Assembly: GCA_965261345.1 (NCBI GenBank)
Contig: OZ253449.1
Coordinates: 1,536,001 to 1,600,000, forward strand
Reading direction: 5' to 3'
Length of the DNA stretch: 64,000 bases
Origin: Chloroflexota bacterium
GTDB lineage: Bacteria > Chloroflexota > UBA11872 > VXNJ01
Shown here: positions 18,753 to 28,477 of the stretch, in pieces
Numbering within the stretch: position 1 is the first letter of the stretch
How the letters are laid out: every line of letters starts with the position of its first letter
Notes under the pieces: model-generated
The model's input: only the letters and a program-made list of their open reading frames with translations
What the model was told of the DNA's origin: nothing
Databases searched by the model: none
Program-made: the position numbers and the translations under genes

Positions 18753-19213
18753 ATTTCCCGGGTTGCTGTCTCTCGAGCGGCCTGGCGACCGGGCCGGGAG
18801 GTCTGCTGGCGGGACTGTTGATCTGGGCGGCGGTCACGGATCTGACCCGCCGCCAAATCTCCAACCGCATGGTTGCGATCGGTCTGGCGTTGGGACTGGG
18901 CCTGGCCGTTTGGCAGGATGTGTTGGGATGCAGCGTACTCGGGGCGGTTGCCGGTGGGTTATTGCTTTCCCTCCCCAATCTGTTCGCCCGCGGCTCGGTC
19001 GGGATGGGCGACATCAAATTGTTTGCCGTAATCGGGCTGTTCGGTGGTCCGGCGACCCTGGCCTGGGTTCTCGGCCTCAGCGCCCTGGGAGCCTGGCTCT
19101 ACTGGTTGGGCCAAAAATTGCTCGTTTCGCACCGAGAAAAATCCATCGCGATTCCGCTGGCGCCCTTTGCCCTGCTGGGTGATCTGGCAGCATCGCTTTC
19201 CGGGTTTTACTGA
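18749..19213 (+). CDS. A24 prepilin peptidase (TadV/CpaA-like)
   Basis: TDL.RRQISN, GMGDIKL aspartyl motifs, IPLAPF. Confidence 0.85.
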   Translation: MNFPGCCLSSGLATGPGGLLAGLLIWAAVTDLTRRQISNRMVAIGLALGLGLAVWQDVLGCSVLGAVAGGLLLSLPNLFARGSVGMGDIKLFAVIGLFGGPATLAWVLGLSALGAWLYWLGQKLLVSHREKSIAIPLAPFALLGDLAASLSGFY

Positions 19214-19534
19214 GCGCTCCGGAGTTGTGCCCACCTGCCGTGATAGCGGGAACTCTAGCGAAGGTGGAAACGCGACATTGACCCGCCGGCCGAGCCCGTA
19301 GGAATAACCATTTGAGATGTAACTGCCGCTTTACCGCCACGGTGATTGACCAGAGGATCGGAACCGGTAACAAACTGTCAATGGGGCAGTAATTGCCACC
19401 ACGACGCATTGCACGGTCCAGTCAAATGTCCAATAACATAGGGAAGGCATGCGCCAACACGGCGGACCGTCGCCGCGGTTGTAATGGCGGCCGCCTGCCA
19501 GATTGACATTACAGCCAGAGTAAAAGGAACAAAT

Positions 19535-20206
19535 ATGCAGGATCAATCAAACAATCAATCCGGACCTTCGGGCCAACCCGAATCAAGCGGGCCGACGTTC
19601 GAACAGATGCTTGAAAAGCAACTGGGGCAATACCTGGCCGAGGCCGGAGAGCTGTCGGCCAGGATATCCGACTTGCAAAAGGATCTCGAAGGCAGGGCGG
19701 CTGCCTTGAAGGCCAACCTGGACTCGCAGATTGCCGAACAGCGCAAAAACCTGGATGCCCACGTCGCCGACTTGCGGCTAAATTCCGGCCCGGCGATCGA
19801 GGGATTGCGCCAGCAGAAGGCGGCAGTCGATAGCAAGATTCGGGCGTTCGACAGCTTCCGCAAAAGGCTGTCGGGCGAAATCGTCGACGCCCTTCCAGAC
19901 GACGCCAGCGAATGGCCAAGGACCGCATCCGATAAGGTTGTGAGCTTGCTGGAACGGGTCGGCCATCCGCTCCATTACCGCGAAATCTACCGGCGCCTGG
20001 CCGAATTGGGCGTGGTAACAACCCGCAGCGCCCGCCCGGCCGAGACCTTTCTGCGCAACTACTACAAGGACGTTAGGCTGTTCCGCCCAAAGCGGGGGAC
20101 CTATTTTCTGGCGGCCAAGCAGCGCGGCGCCAAGAGCGTTGGCAGTCGACGCAGGTCGAAGCCGGATCCCGAACCCAAAGAGGGTTCCGATTCCTTAGAT
20201 ACGTAA
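19535..20206 (+). CDS. Coiled-coil + HARE-HTH-like DNA-binding protein
   Basis: AAAAGGA RBS; heptad-rich N-half; VVSLLERVGHPLHYREIY...G.Y.L winged-HTH pattern; basic tail. Confidence 0.65.
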   Translation: MQDQSNNQSGPSGQPESSGPTFEQMLEKQLGQYLAEAGELSARISDLQKDLEGRAAALKANLDSQIAEQRKNLDAHVADLRLNSGPAIEGLRQQKAAVDSKIRAFDSFRKRLSGEIVDALPDDASEWPRTASDKVVSLLERVGHPLHYREIYRRLAELGVVTTRSARPAETFLRNYYKDVRLFRPKRGTYFLAAKQRGAKSVGSRRRSKPDPEPKEGSDSLDT

Positions 20207-21040
20207 CGGTTTCGATCCCTTAGCGGGCGTTCGGGTTTCCGAAATATGGTCTTGGAGGGCTGCCGCCGCCGGTGATCGGATTGAAATCAGTCAAGTCGTA
20301 CGGTGTGAGTGGGGAAATGGTGGATCGGTTGCGAAAGCGGCGGTAAAACCAGCGTTAATTCATTGGCGCCGGATTGCATAGGATGCGTGGGGCGCAGGGA
20401 AATCGGGTCCTCCCACGGCCCCAACGATGATTGATATTTGCGGCAATTGCTGGACATTTCTCCAATTGACCGGCAGGGTCGTTTTCTTGTCCCGGAGATT
20501 GTGCTATCTAGCGGATTGAACCGACGGCGTTTGAGCGGCAAGGGCCCACTGACCGGCACTTGAATACATTCATTTCCCGGGTGCCGGAAAGTGACCCGCC
20601 GAACAACATCGGCATCGCCGACCCCGGCGTTGCCGGAGCGCAATGGTTAATTGATAGCGGTCCCGGTTCAAAGTACCGTCCGGTATGGACTCGCAGATGA
20701 GATTGCTCAATGCAAGGCGGCCGATAGTCAGCGGTCGCTGGCGGAAACGTCGGTCCGGTGGCCGAGGTCGGCGCGCGGGCGGGGACCGCGACCGCCAGCA
20801 CTCCACCGCGGCGGCAATCTAAGGGCGGTTGGCTGCCGGTTGCCAAATACAATCGAAACGAGATCGGCGCGTGACCGGTGCCAGTATTGCTACGTGGAAG
20901 ATCTTTCCGGAGTGGATCCTTGGGCCAACCGCCCCGCCGACATCGACCCGAACAGACGGGATGGCGGCTATTTCGCAGCGGTGCCAATAGCGGCGCCAAC
21001 TGCCGATCGGAACCGGTTCTGCTAACAGAGCTCTTACCGC

Positions 21041-21886
21041 ATGAGAAATAGGTTGCGGGCGCCGTTTTGCCGTTGGCAAACCTTTTGTCCGCGCTTTTTG
21101 ACAGTTGCGGTGCTCGTGCTGGCAATGTCTGGGTTGCTTATTGCCGCCTGCGATGACGAATCAGAAGATACGGAGCCGGCGAGCGCTGGCGGTTCGGCGA
21201 TCGCGGCAACCCCTGCGACGTTGCCGCCGCAGACCACGCCGACACTTCCCCAACCGCTTCCTCCACCACCTGCGCCGGCGCCAACCGCCGCTCCCGCGAC
21301 CTCAACCCCCGAGCCAACCGCCACCGCGGCACCGGTTGAGTCGACTCCCACCCCGACTGGAGATCAATCACTGGCGGCCTACCTGGAGGCCTGTGAGGCA
21401 GGTATTTTGCTGCTAGGGCGGGAGAATGCCGGTGTCCTGCCGGAAGATGACGAGCTGGCGACCTGGGGAGATATCGCCATGTTTTCCGAAATCGTGGCCG
21501 ATTTCTACAGCCAATTGGACCCGCCGGCCGAGATTTTCGACTTCCACGACGCCCAGCTGCGATCGATCCGGGGCCTTGCCGACCTGGCCCGTTCGCACCC
21601 CAGCGAGGACTCCTTCATAGCAGCCCTGGAGGCATTGGTTGAGCAAACCTTCCAGGTTCTGTTTGCACTGCCCGCCGACGTGGCCGCTGACCCGGAAGCG
21701 GCGGCGGCGGCGCTGGAAGCGGCCTTACAGGAAACTTACGCTGAATTTTTTGGGCCGGACCTGCTTGCCGCGTTCCAGGACCTGGAGGCGGCACTCGGCG
21801 CGCTTTCCCCGGAGGTGCGCTCGGAACTGGACAGTTCGACCTGCTATCAACTGGTCGACAGCCTGTCCCAGCCGGTCGCCCCGTAA
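21041..21886 (+). CDS. Acidic lipoprotein with Pro-rich linker, function unknown
   Basis: LIAAC lipobox, P/T/A linker, helical domain bracketed by two Cys; exact start uncertain. Confidence 0.7.
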   Translation: MRNRLRAPFCRWQTFCPRFLTVAVLVLAMSGLLIAACDDESEDTEPASAGGSAIAATPATLPPQTTPTLPQPLPPPPAPAPTAAPATSTPEPTATAAPVESTPTPTGDQSLAAYLEACEAGILLLGRENAGVLPEDDELATWGDIAMFSEIVADFYSQLDPPAEIFDFHDAQLRSIRGLADLARSHPSEDSFIAALEALVEQTFQVLFALPADVAADPEAAAAALEAALQETYAEFFGPDLLAAFQDLEAALGALSPEVRSELDSSTCYQLVDSLSQPVAP

Positions 21887-21994
21887 TCTGGTCCAACCCC
21901 GAAACCGGGATCGGATAGAGCCAGCTAAGACGGCTACCGCAACGTTTAGCCGCAGGCGTTTTGCCAGCGAGTTGGCTGCCGGATGAAGCGGTGC

Positions 21995-23476
21995 TTAGCT
22001 TTTCTGCACCAATTTTTGCGCTTCCTCCGGGTCCGCCATCACCGAAGGCCCCTTAAGGAACGAGGCGACCGCGCCGAGCAGCAGCAGCAGCGCCATCCCG
22101 GAGTAGAGCAGGTTTATGCCGGCCACGAATGCGAGCGCCGCACCGCGGCCGGGCCCGCCGCTAACGCTTCCCAGGTCAGGTGAAAAGCCCATCGCCACCA
22201 TCGTGGCGGTCACCACCGTGGTGGCGATGGCAACCGAGGTGACGTTGGCCGAGTTGCGAACCAGACTCAGCAGAGCCGAAACGATTCCATGCCGGCTGGA
22301 TCGAGCGGCGCCGAAGACCGATGCGGTATTGGGTGAGCCGAACAGGCCGGTCCCGGCGCTCTGGGCGATCAACCCCGCCACGATCACCCACACCGGAGTG
22401 TTATCTGAAACGCGCGAGATCGTGAAGATACCGGCCGCGGCCAGCACCAATCCGGCAACGTTGAAGAACCGATAACCGAACCGATCCGATAGCCGTCCGG
22501 CGATCGGCCCCATGATGGTCATCGTCACCGCGGTGGGGAGTATTAGCAATCCCACCTGACCCGGCGCGAAACCCAGTACGCCCTGCAAGTAGAAGGGCAT
22601 GAGAAACCGGACTGAACCCACGCTGAGGAACGAGCTGAAGCCGGCCAGCACCCCGAGCAAGAAGATTCGATTTGCAAAAAGACTCAGGTCGAGCATCGGG
22701 TTTTTGGCCCGCCGCTCCCACCAGATGAAGCCGATAAGCATGGAAATAAACAGCAGTCCGGCCGCCACTATCGCCGGCGATCCCCAACCCAGCCGATAGC
22801 CGTTGGTCATAAGCAGCAGGAAGGTTACCAGCGATCCGGTCGAAAGGGTCGCCCCGGGCCAGTCGAAACGGACCCCGCGGCGTCCCTTGAAGAACAGCTT
22901 TGAATCCATCAGCAGCAATGCGCCGGCCAGCGCGATCAGCGCCAGCGGGAAGTTGATCAGGAACACCCAGCGCCAGCCCAAAGCGCTCACCAGAAGACCG
23001 CCCAGCACCGGGCCGGCCATCCCGCCGGCGCCGATCACGCTCATGTGTGAGCCGATTCCCTTGCCCCGCTCCTTAGCTGAGAAAACGGTTGTGATCATTG
23101 CCATGCCGGTGCCCTGGGTCATGGCCGCCCCAATTCCCTGGACTATCCGGGAAAGGATCAGCGTCAATACGTTGGTCGACGAACCGGCAAATATCGACGC
23201 TCCCATCAGCAGCACCAGCCCGGTTACGTAGACCTGTTTTCGACCGACCATGTCGGAGAGGCGCCCCATCGGTAGGAGCAGCGCGCTGATCGTTAGGGTC
23301 TGGGCGATTACCACCCACTGGACGGTGGGCAGATCGGTCTCAAAGTGATCGGCGATCGTTGGCAGCGCGATGTTGACCATGCCAAAGGACATGACCCCGG
23401 TAAACGAACCCAGGCCGACGGCGGCAAAGACCCACCATTTGTAACGCGGACTATCGGCGAGGATGTGGCTTAGCAA
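21995..23476 (-). CDS. MFS efflux transporter (DHA2/EmrB-QacA, 14 TMS)
   Basis: NIALP.I, GRLSD..GRK, GP.LGG.L....GWRWVFLINFP. Confidence 0.92.
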   Translation of the reverse strand: MLSHILADSPRYKWWVFAAVGLGSFTGVMSFGMVNIALPTIADHFETDLPTVQWVVIAQTLTISALLLPMGRLSDMVGRKQVYVTGLVLLMGASIFAGSSTNVLTLILSRIVQGIGAAMTQGTGMAMITTVFSAKERGKGIGSHMSVIGAGGMAGPVLGGLLVSALGWRWVFLINFPLALIALAGALLLMDSKLFFKGRRGVRFDWPGATLSTGSLVTFLLLMTNGYRLGWGSPAIVAAGLLFISMLIGFIWWERRAKNPMLDLSLFANRIFLLGVLAGFSSFLSVGSVRFLMPFYLQGVLGFAPGQVGLLILPTAVTMTIMGPIAGRLSDRFGYRFFNVAGLVLAAAGIFTISRVSDNTPVWVIVAGLIAQSAGTGLFGSPNTASVFGAARSSRHGIVSALLSLVRNSANVTSVAIATTVVTATMVAMGFSPDLGSVSGGPGRGAALAFVAGINLLYSGMALLLLLGAVASFLKGPSVMADPEEAQKLVQKS

Positions 23477-23759
23477 GATCCCGCCAACAACCAGGGAGGG
23501 GCGATCGAGGAATCGGCCGGGGGCCTGAACCGCCGAGCTATCGGTGGGTGCTGGGCAGGCAGCGACGTGATTCCGCTCAACCTGCCACCTCGAACTGCGC
23601 GAGCTCCTTGTCGCCTGCCGTTCGATAAATGACAGGTCACATCGATCATTTTTACTTCGTAGGGGTGTTCATACAACCCAGCGATAGGGCCGCCCGTAGG
23701 GCCGCCGCTATGGCCGGGATGCAAAACGGCGGTGTGGGCGCAATGCTGAGCGGAAATAA

Positions 23760-25499
23760 TTGGACATGAGTTCAATACGGCAAGACTGCCCCCAGACCGG
23801 TATCAAAGACCTTTCGCTGGTACGGCGGCGGGCGATTCGTGCCTGGTGCATGTATGACTGGGCCAATTCGGCATTTGCCACCAGCGGGGTGGTGGCGATC
23901 TTCCCGGTCTACTTCGTGTTCCTGTTTAAGGAGGCGCTGGGCGATAGCGCGACGATTCTTGGCATCACCTTTACTGGAAGCTCGGTGTGGAGCCTGGCGA
24001 TCGCGGTCTCGACCGCCACGGTTGCCCTCTCGAGCCCGGTGCTGGGAGTGATCTCCGACCGCGTACCGATAAAGAAAGCGCTGCTGTGGGTCTACACCGG
24101 CGTGGGATCGCTGTTTACGGTGCTGGCGTTCTTTTCCGTGTACACCGGCCAGCCCTGGGCCTGGCTGATCGGAATGTTTACGCTCGCCAACGTCGGATTT
24201 GCGGGAAGTCTGGTCTTTTACAACTCCTTCCTGCCGCACCTGGGTCCACGGCATCTATCGGACGAAATCTCCAGCCGCGGATTTGCTTATGGATACGCCG
24301 GCGGCGGTCTGCTGCTGCTGCTGCACCTGGGGCTTATCCTGGCGACCCAGAATACCGACTTTGCCGACCTAGCCACCCGCGCAGCCATCGCGTCGGTGGG
24401 CATCTGGTGGTTTGGGTGGGCTATTTGGACCCTGCGGGTCCTGCCCGAACCTCCGATTTCCCGACCAATGGCCCGATTGAAGGCCCCGGCGGCGCTGGCG
24501 TTTGGCTTTAGAGAGCTCGGGAAGACATTTGGGCAGATCAAGCGGTTCAAGGTGGTCCTTACCTACCTGGGTTCGTTCCTGCTGTTTAACGACGGAATCC
24601 AGACCGTACTGGCGATCGCCGGAGCATTCGCCGCCGACACGTTGGGTATCCCGCTGGCGTTCAACATGGGAACGATCGTGATCATCCAGTTCATCGCCAT
24701 ACCCGGAGCGCTGGCGTTTAGCCGGCTGGCCGATAAGTTCTCCACCAAGACGGCGCTGACTGTTTCCTTGGCCGGCTGGGTAGTAATCGTGTTGTTTGGA
24801 GTGGCGGTGGCGCCGCTGGCGCCGGCTGCGCATGCTCAATTCGACGTGCAGCTCAGCTATCTGCCAGAAAGCGGAATCTACCGGGTGGCCAAAGCGCCGG
24901 ATGCATCGGATGCCGAACTGACCCTGCGCCACGGCGGCCAGGATTGGATCCTTGCCGAAAACGCGACCATTGCCGCGGACTTGGCCGCGGGGCTCCCGCA
25001 GGCCGTGGACGCAGCCGACGATTTCCGTTACAGCCTCTCGATCTTGGGTGGCCAATTGGACGGTGCGTCGGCGGTTGGAGCGCTGCACCCGTCGTCGCTT
25101 GGCCGCGGACCGATTGACTGGTGGCCGACAAAGGTCCGCAGCCTGCTCTGGGGTCCGCTGGGACTGGATGCCGGATACCAGTGGCTGGTGCTCGGCGTCC
25201 TGGTCGGGATGGTCATCGGCGGTAGCCAGGCGCTCGCCCGAAGTCTCTTCGCGCAGATTACGCCGGAAGCCCGCAGCGGTGAATTCTTCTCATTTTTCGG
25301 ATTCATGAGCCGGGTCTCGGCGGTTTTTGGCCCAACCCTCTACATCGTGGCAACCGCCGTTTTCGACACCCGGGTTGCGGTCACCTCGATTCTGCTGATC
25401 ATCGTCGCCGGCACGATCGCCCTCAAATGGGTGGACGTGGCCGAGGGCGTACGGGTGGCGACCGGCGAAGATGCGGGCGGTGGTTACGGCCGCGGATAG
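23760..25499 (+). CDS. MFS transporter, ATG22/UMF1 family, with a large insertion
   Basis: AW.MYDWANSAF, FYNSFLP, SSRGFA.GY.GG, NDG..T, GGSQALARSLF, EFF.FF. Confidence 0.88.
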   Translation: MDMSSIRQDCPQTGIKDLSLVRRRAIRAWCMYDWANSAFATSGVVAIFPVYFVFLFKEALGDSATILGITFTGSSVWSLAIAVSTATVALSSPVLGVISDRVPIKKALLWVYTGVGSLFTVLAFFSVYTGQPWAWLIGMFTLANVGFAGSLVFYNSFLPHLGPRHLSDEISSRGFAYGYAGGGLLLLLHLGLILATQNTDFADLATRAAIASVGIWWFGWAIWTLRVLPEPPISRPMARLKAPAALAFGFRELGKTFGQIKRFKVVLTYLGSFLLFNDGIQTVLAIAGAFAADTLGIPLAFNMGTIVIIQFIAIPGALAFSRLADKFSTKTALTVSLAGWVVIVLFGVAVAPLAPAAHAQFDVQLSYLPESGIYRVAKAPDASDAELTLRHGGQDWILAENATIAADLAAGLPQAVDAADDFRYSLSILGGQLDGASAVGALHPSSLGRGPIDWWPTKVRSLLWGPLGLDAGYQWLVLGVLVGMVIGGSQALARSLFAQITPEARSGEFFSFFGFMSRVSAVFGPTLYIVATAVFDTRVAVTSILLIIVAGTIALKWVDVAEGVRVATGEDAGGGYGRG

Positions 25500-25569
25500 C
25501 CCGGAAACGGCACCCGGCAACCGGTCCGATTATCTGTCAATTTTTAGAACCGGCGCAGCGGTGTTTGAC

Positions 25570-26531
25570 TCAAACGCGCACGACCGCGTCTACCCATTCG
25601 GCCACCATTGCGGGCCCGTCGACCGAGGTGCATACGGCCATGTTGGATTCACGATCGCCATGTTCGATGGTCCGTAAGATCTGGCCTTCGTATTCAACTG
25701 CAATATGGGTTCGTCGCACGGTCGCGTGCCGGCCGCCCAGGGCCACGTGCACCGCGAGCGGATCGTGCAGGTAGGTGCGCTCGTCAAAGTTTGAGCCGTC
25801 CAGGCCGTAGCGCTGGCTGAACGCCAGGAACGGTTCGCGCATTTCGGCGATGAGCCGGACCAATTTCTGCGAGACTGGGCCGCCGCTTTCGGCCAGGCGA
25901 TCACAGTCAGCGCGCCTAAGGTAGGCCTGCAAGGTCACGTCGAGCGGTACCAGGGTCATATCCAGGCGGGATCCGAGCACCACTTCGGCGGCGAGCGGAT
26001 CGGCATTTAGATTGGTCTCAAACGACGCGGGCCAGGCGATCGCGCTGCGATCGACTAGGCCACCCATGATCGTTACCGGGCCAAGCATCTCCGGCAGATT
26101 CGAATCCATCTGCAGCGCCAGCGCCAGATTGGTGAGGGGCCGACCGTAACCAGGCCCACTTGCCCCGGAGCGCTGCTGGCGGCGTTGATGATAAAGCGGG
26201 CCGCATCATCGCGCCGCGACTGGTGATCGGAGACCGCTAACTCGCTTTCCGAGAGCACGCCAACACCCTCGTGACCCCACATGGCGTTCCAGTGGAAGTC
26301 CTCCACGCTGCTGCGGCGCAGGGGCCCTGACCGTCCTGCCACAACCGGGACGTGCGCTTTGGCCGACGCCCCCAGCAGCGCCCGGGCGATTGCGGCTCGA
26401 AGCGGCGCATGGGCGTGATTGGTGGTCACGCCGACCAATTCAGCATCGTTTTGGGCGATGAGCAGCCCCAGCGCCAGCGCATCGTCCACATCGGTGCCGA
26501 TGTCGGAATCAAATAACAGTTGGGGAATCAC
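25570..26531 (-). pseudogene. Nucleoside hydrolase (IUNH family), frameshifted
   Basis: DSDIGTDVDDALAL, ETNLNADP.AA, LHDPLAV; the GPLTNL motif is broken at the G4 run 26136-26139. Confidence 0.8.
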
Positions 26532-26646
26532 ACGCAATCCTTTGGAAAAGCTGGCTTGCAAGTTGTGGGCATTTCCGGTTCGAGGATTGGCCACGGGAGA
26601 TCGGGACTGCCTATTTGGCGCCGTCGCCAAGGGGAATGTACCCGGA

Positions 26647-27489
26647 TCATCCCTTGACCGCCGAACCCACGACCGACTCGGAAAAGGCTCGCTGGAACAC
26701 GAGCAGAATTGCCGCCGGGACCAGGCAGAGCACCGCCGCGCCGGCAAAGAGCGCCCCCCAATCGACCCCATACTGTCCAAACAGTCGGGCCAGGGCTACC
26801 GATCCCACATCCATCGACGGATCGGTGGTTACCAGTAGTGGCCAGAGGTAGGCTTGCCACTGGAAGACAAAGATGATGATGCCGGCTCCGACCATCGCCG
26901 ACCAGGTAAGTGGCAGGTAGACGTTCCAAAGCACTCGCCAGGCGCCGGCGCCGTCGATCTCGGCGGCTTCGGCGAGCTCGCGCGGGATGTCAAGAAAGAA
27001 CTGGCGCAGCAGAAAGATTGCCAGTCCATTGCCTACGCCGGGAAGAATCAGTCCGAGATAAGTGTTTTGCAATTCCAGGGTGCGCGCGGCCTTGGCCAAG
27101 GGGATGGCTAGCGCCTCGAACGGGACCATGAAGGTGAGAACCACAACCGCCAGCACGAAGCCGCGTCCACGGAACTCGAATGCGGTGAGCGCGTATGCGG
27201 CCATGGCCGAAACCAGCAGACCCAGGACCACGGTTGCCGAGGTTACGACCAACGAGTTGACGATGGCCCGTCCAATCGGTCCGGTGGCAATCGCGCTGAG
27301 GTTGTCGATCGTGACCGACTCGGGGACGAAAGTGTTCCAGCCAAGGCTCCTGAACGCGCGCGCCACCTCCACGCTGGGGCGCAACCCGGCGGCCACCGTC
27401 CAGGCTAGTGGAGTTAGCCAGAGAACCGATACGAGCGGCAACAGCACGATCAGCGGGCGTCGGAACCAGGGCGGCATTTCACGCCGCAT
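26647..27489 (-). CDS. Carbohydrate ABC transporter permease (MalG-type)
   Basis: NSL.V, IFLLRQFF..IP.EL.EAA.IDGA loop, YLWPL. Confidence 0.92.
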   Translation of the reverse strand: MRREMPPWFRRPLIVLLPLVSVLWLTPLAWTVAAGLRPSVEVARAFRSLGWNTFVPESVTIDNLSAIATGPIGRAIVNSLVVTSATVVLGLLVSAMAAYALTAFEFRGRGFVLAVVVLTFMVPFEALAIPLAKAARTLELQNTYLGLILPGVGNGLAIFLLRQFFLDIPRELAEAAEIDGAGAWRVLWNVYLPLTWSAMVGAGIIIFVFQWQAYLWPLLVTTDPSMDVGSVALARLFGQYGVDWGALFAGAAVLCLVPAAILLVFQRAFSESVVGSAVKG

Positions 27490-28386
27490 TGGAGATTCCC
27501 GCCCGGGCCTGGCCCAGCAGTCGAAATTGAATGGTTGCGACCAAGGCCATAAGCAGGATCAGGATGGTGATCTGGGCGGCGGCCGGTCCGGGGTCATTGA
27601 AGATGAAAGCCTGGGTGTAGATCTTGTACATGACCAGGTTGGTACTTCCGGCCGGACCACCGCGGGTGAGGATCTGAACTGGCACGAAAAGCAGGAAGTT
27701 GGCAACTGTGGCGGCCACCAGGACGAAGCTCAGTTGCCGCCTGACCATCGGGGTAACGATTGCAGTTAGCCTGCGCCACCAGCCGGCGCCGTTGATTGCG
27801 GCGGCTTCCAGCATCTCGATCGGGACATTCTTTATGCCCGCCACCAGAAAAATCATCCAGTACCCGACCCCGATCCACGAGGCGATGACCATGATCACGA
27901 AGGGGGCCTGGACCGGGGATGTGAGAAACGGTTGGTCCGGCAGGCCCAGGATTGCCAAGGCGCTGTTGACCAATCCGTCGCTGGGTCGGAACCACACCCC
28001 CAGACGATGGACGAGACAACCGGCGGCACCGCCATTGGCAGAAAAATCAGGGTGCGCCACAACCCGACGCCGGGCAGGCGTTGGGCCAGCACCACCGCTA
28101 GCCCGTAGGCCAACAGAACCTGCAACGGGTTGATGATCAGGTTAAAAACCAGCGTTGTAACTACGGAGGCGCGAAAGCTTGGCGACACCAGCAGCCCGGA
28201 GTAATTGGCCAGGCTCCAGGCCCCATCATCATTAAAGCTCCCGATCAGGGTATCGACCGTAGGGACGATCCGGGTCAGGATCAACATCGCGAGCGCCGGC
28301 GCGAGGAAGACTAAGGCGCTGGCGGCCCCCGGCCGCAGGCGGCGGCGTCGCGGATTGGACTCCGCCGCCTGCCCCGGTTGGGCCAT
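27479..28386 (-). pseudogene. Carbohydrate ABC permease (MalF-type), frameshifted
   Basis: F.APAL, RTLIFLP, EAA.INGA, ILTRGGP; reading frame switches at the C5 run 27997-28001. Confidence 0.82.
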
Positions 28387-28477
28387 TGCGATCTATTTCT
28401 CCCCGCTGGCGGTAATCATTCCGACGCGGGCGCCGCGCCGCGCGAAAACGCGGCCGATCGCGGTTTGCGGCTAGCGG

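Noticed and set aside
19240-19310. Possible riboswitch downstream of the Tad operon
   Set aside because: No convincing match to a known aptamer by eye; an Rfam scan is needed.
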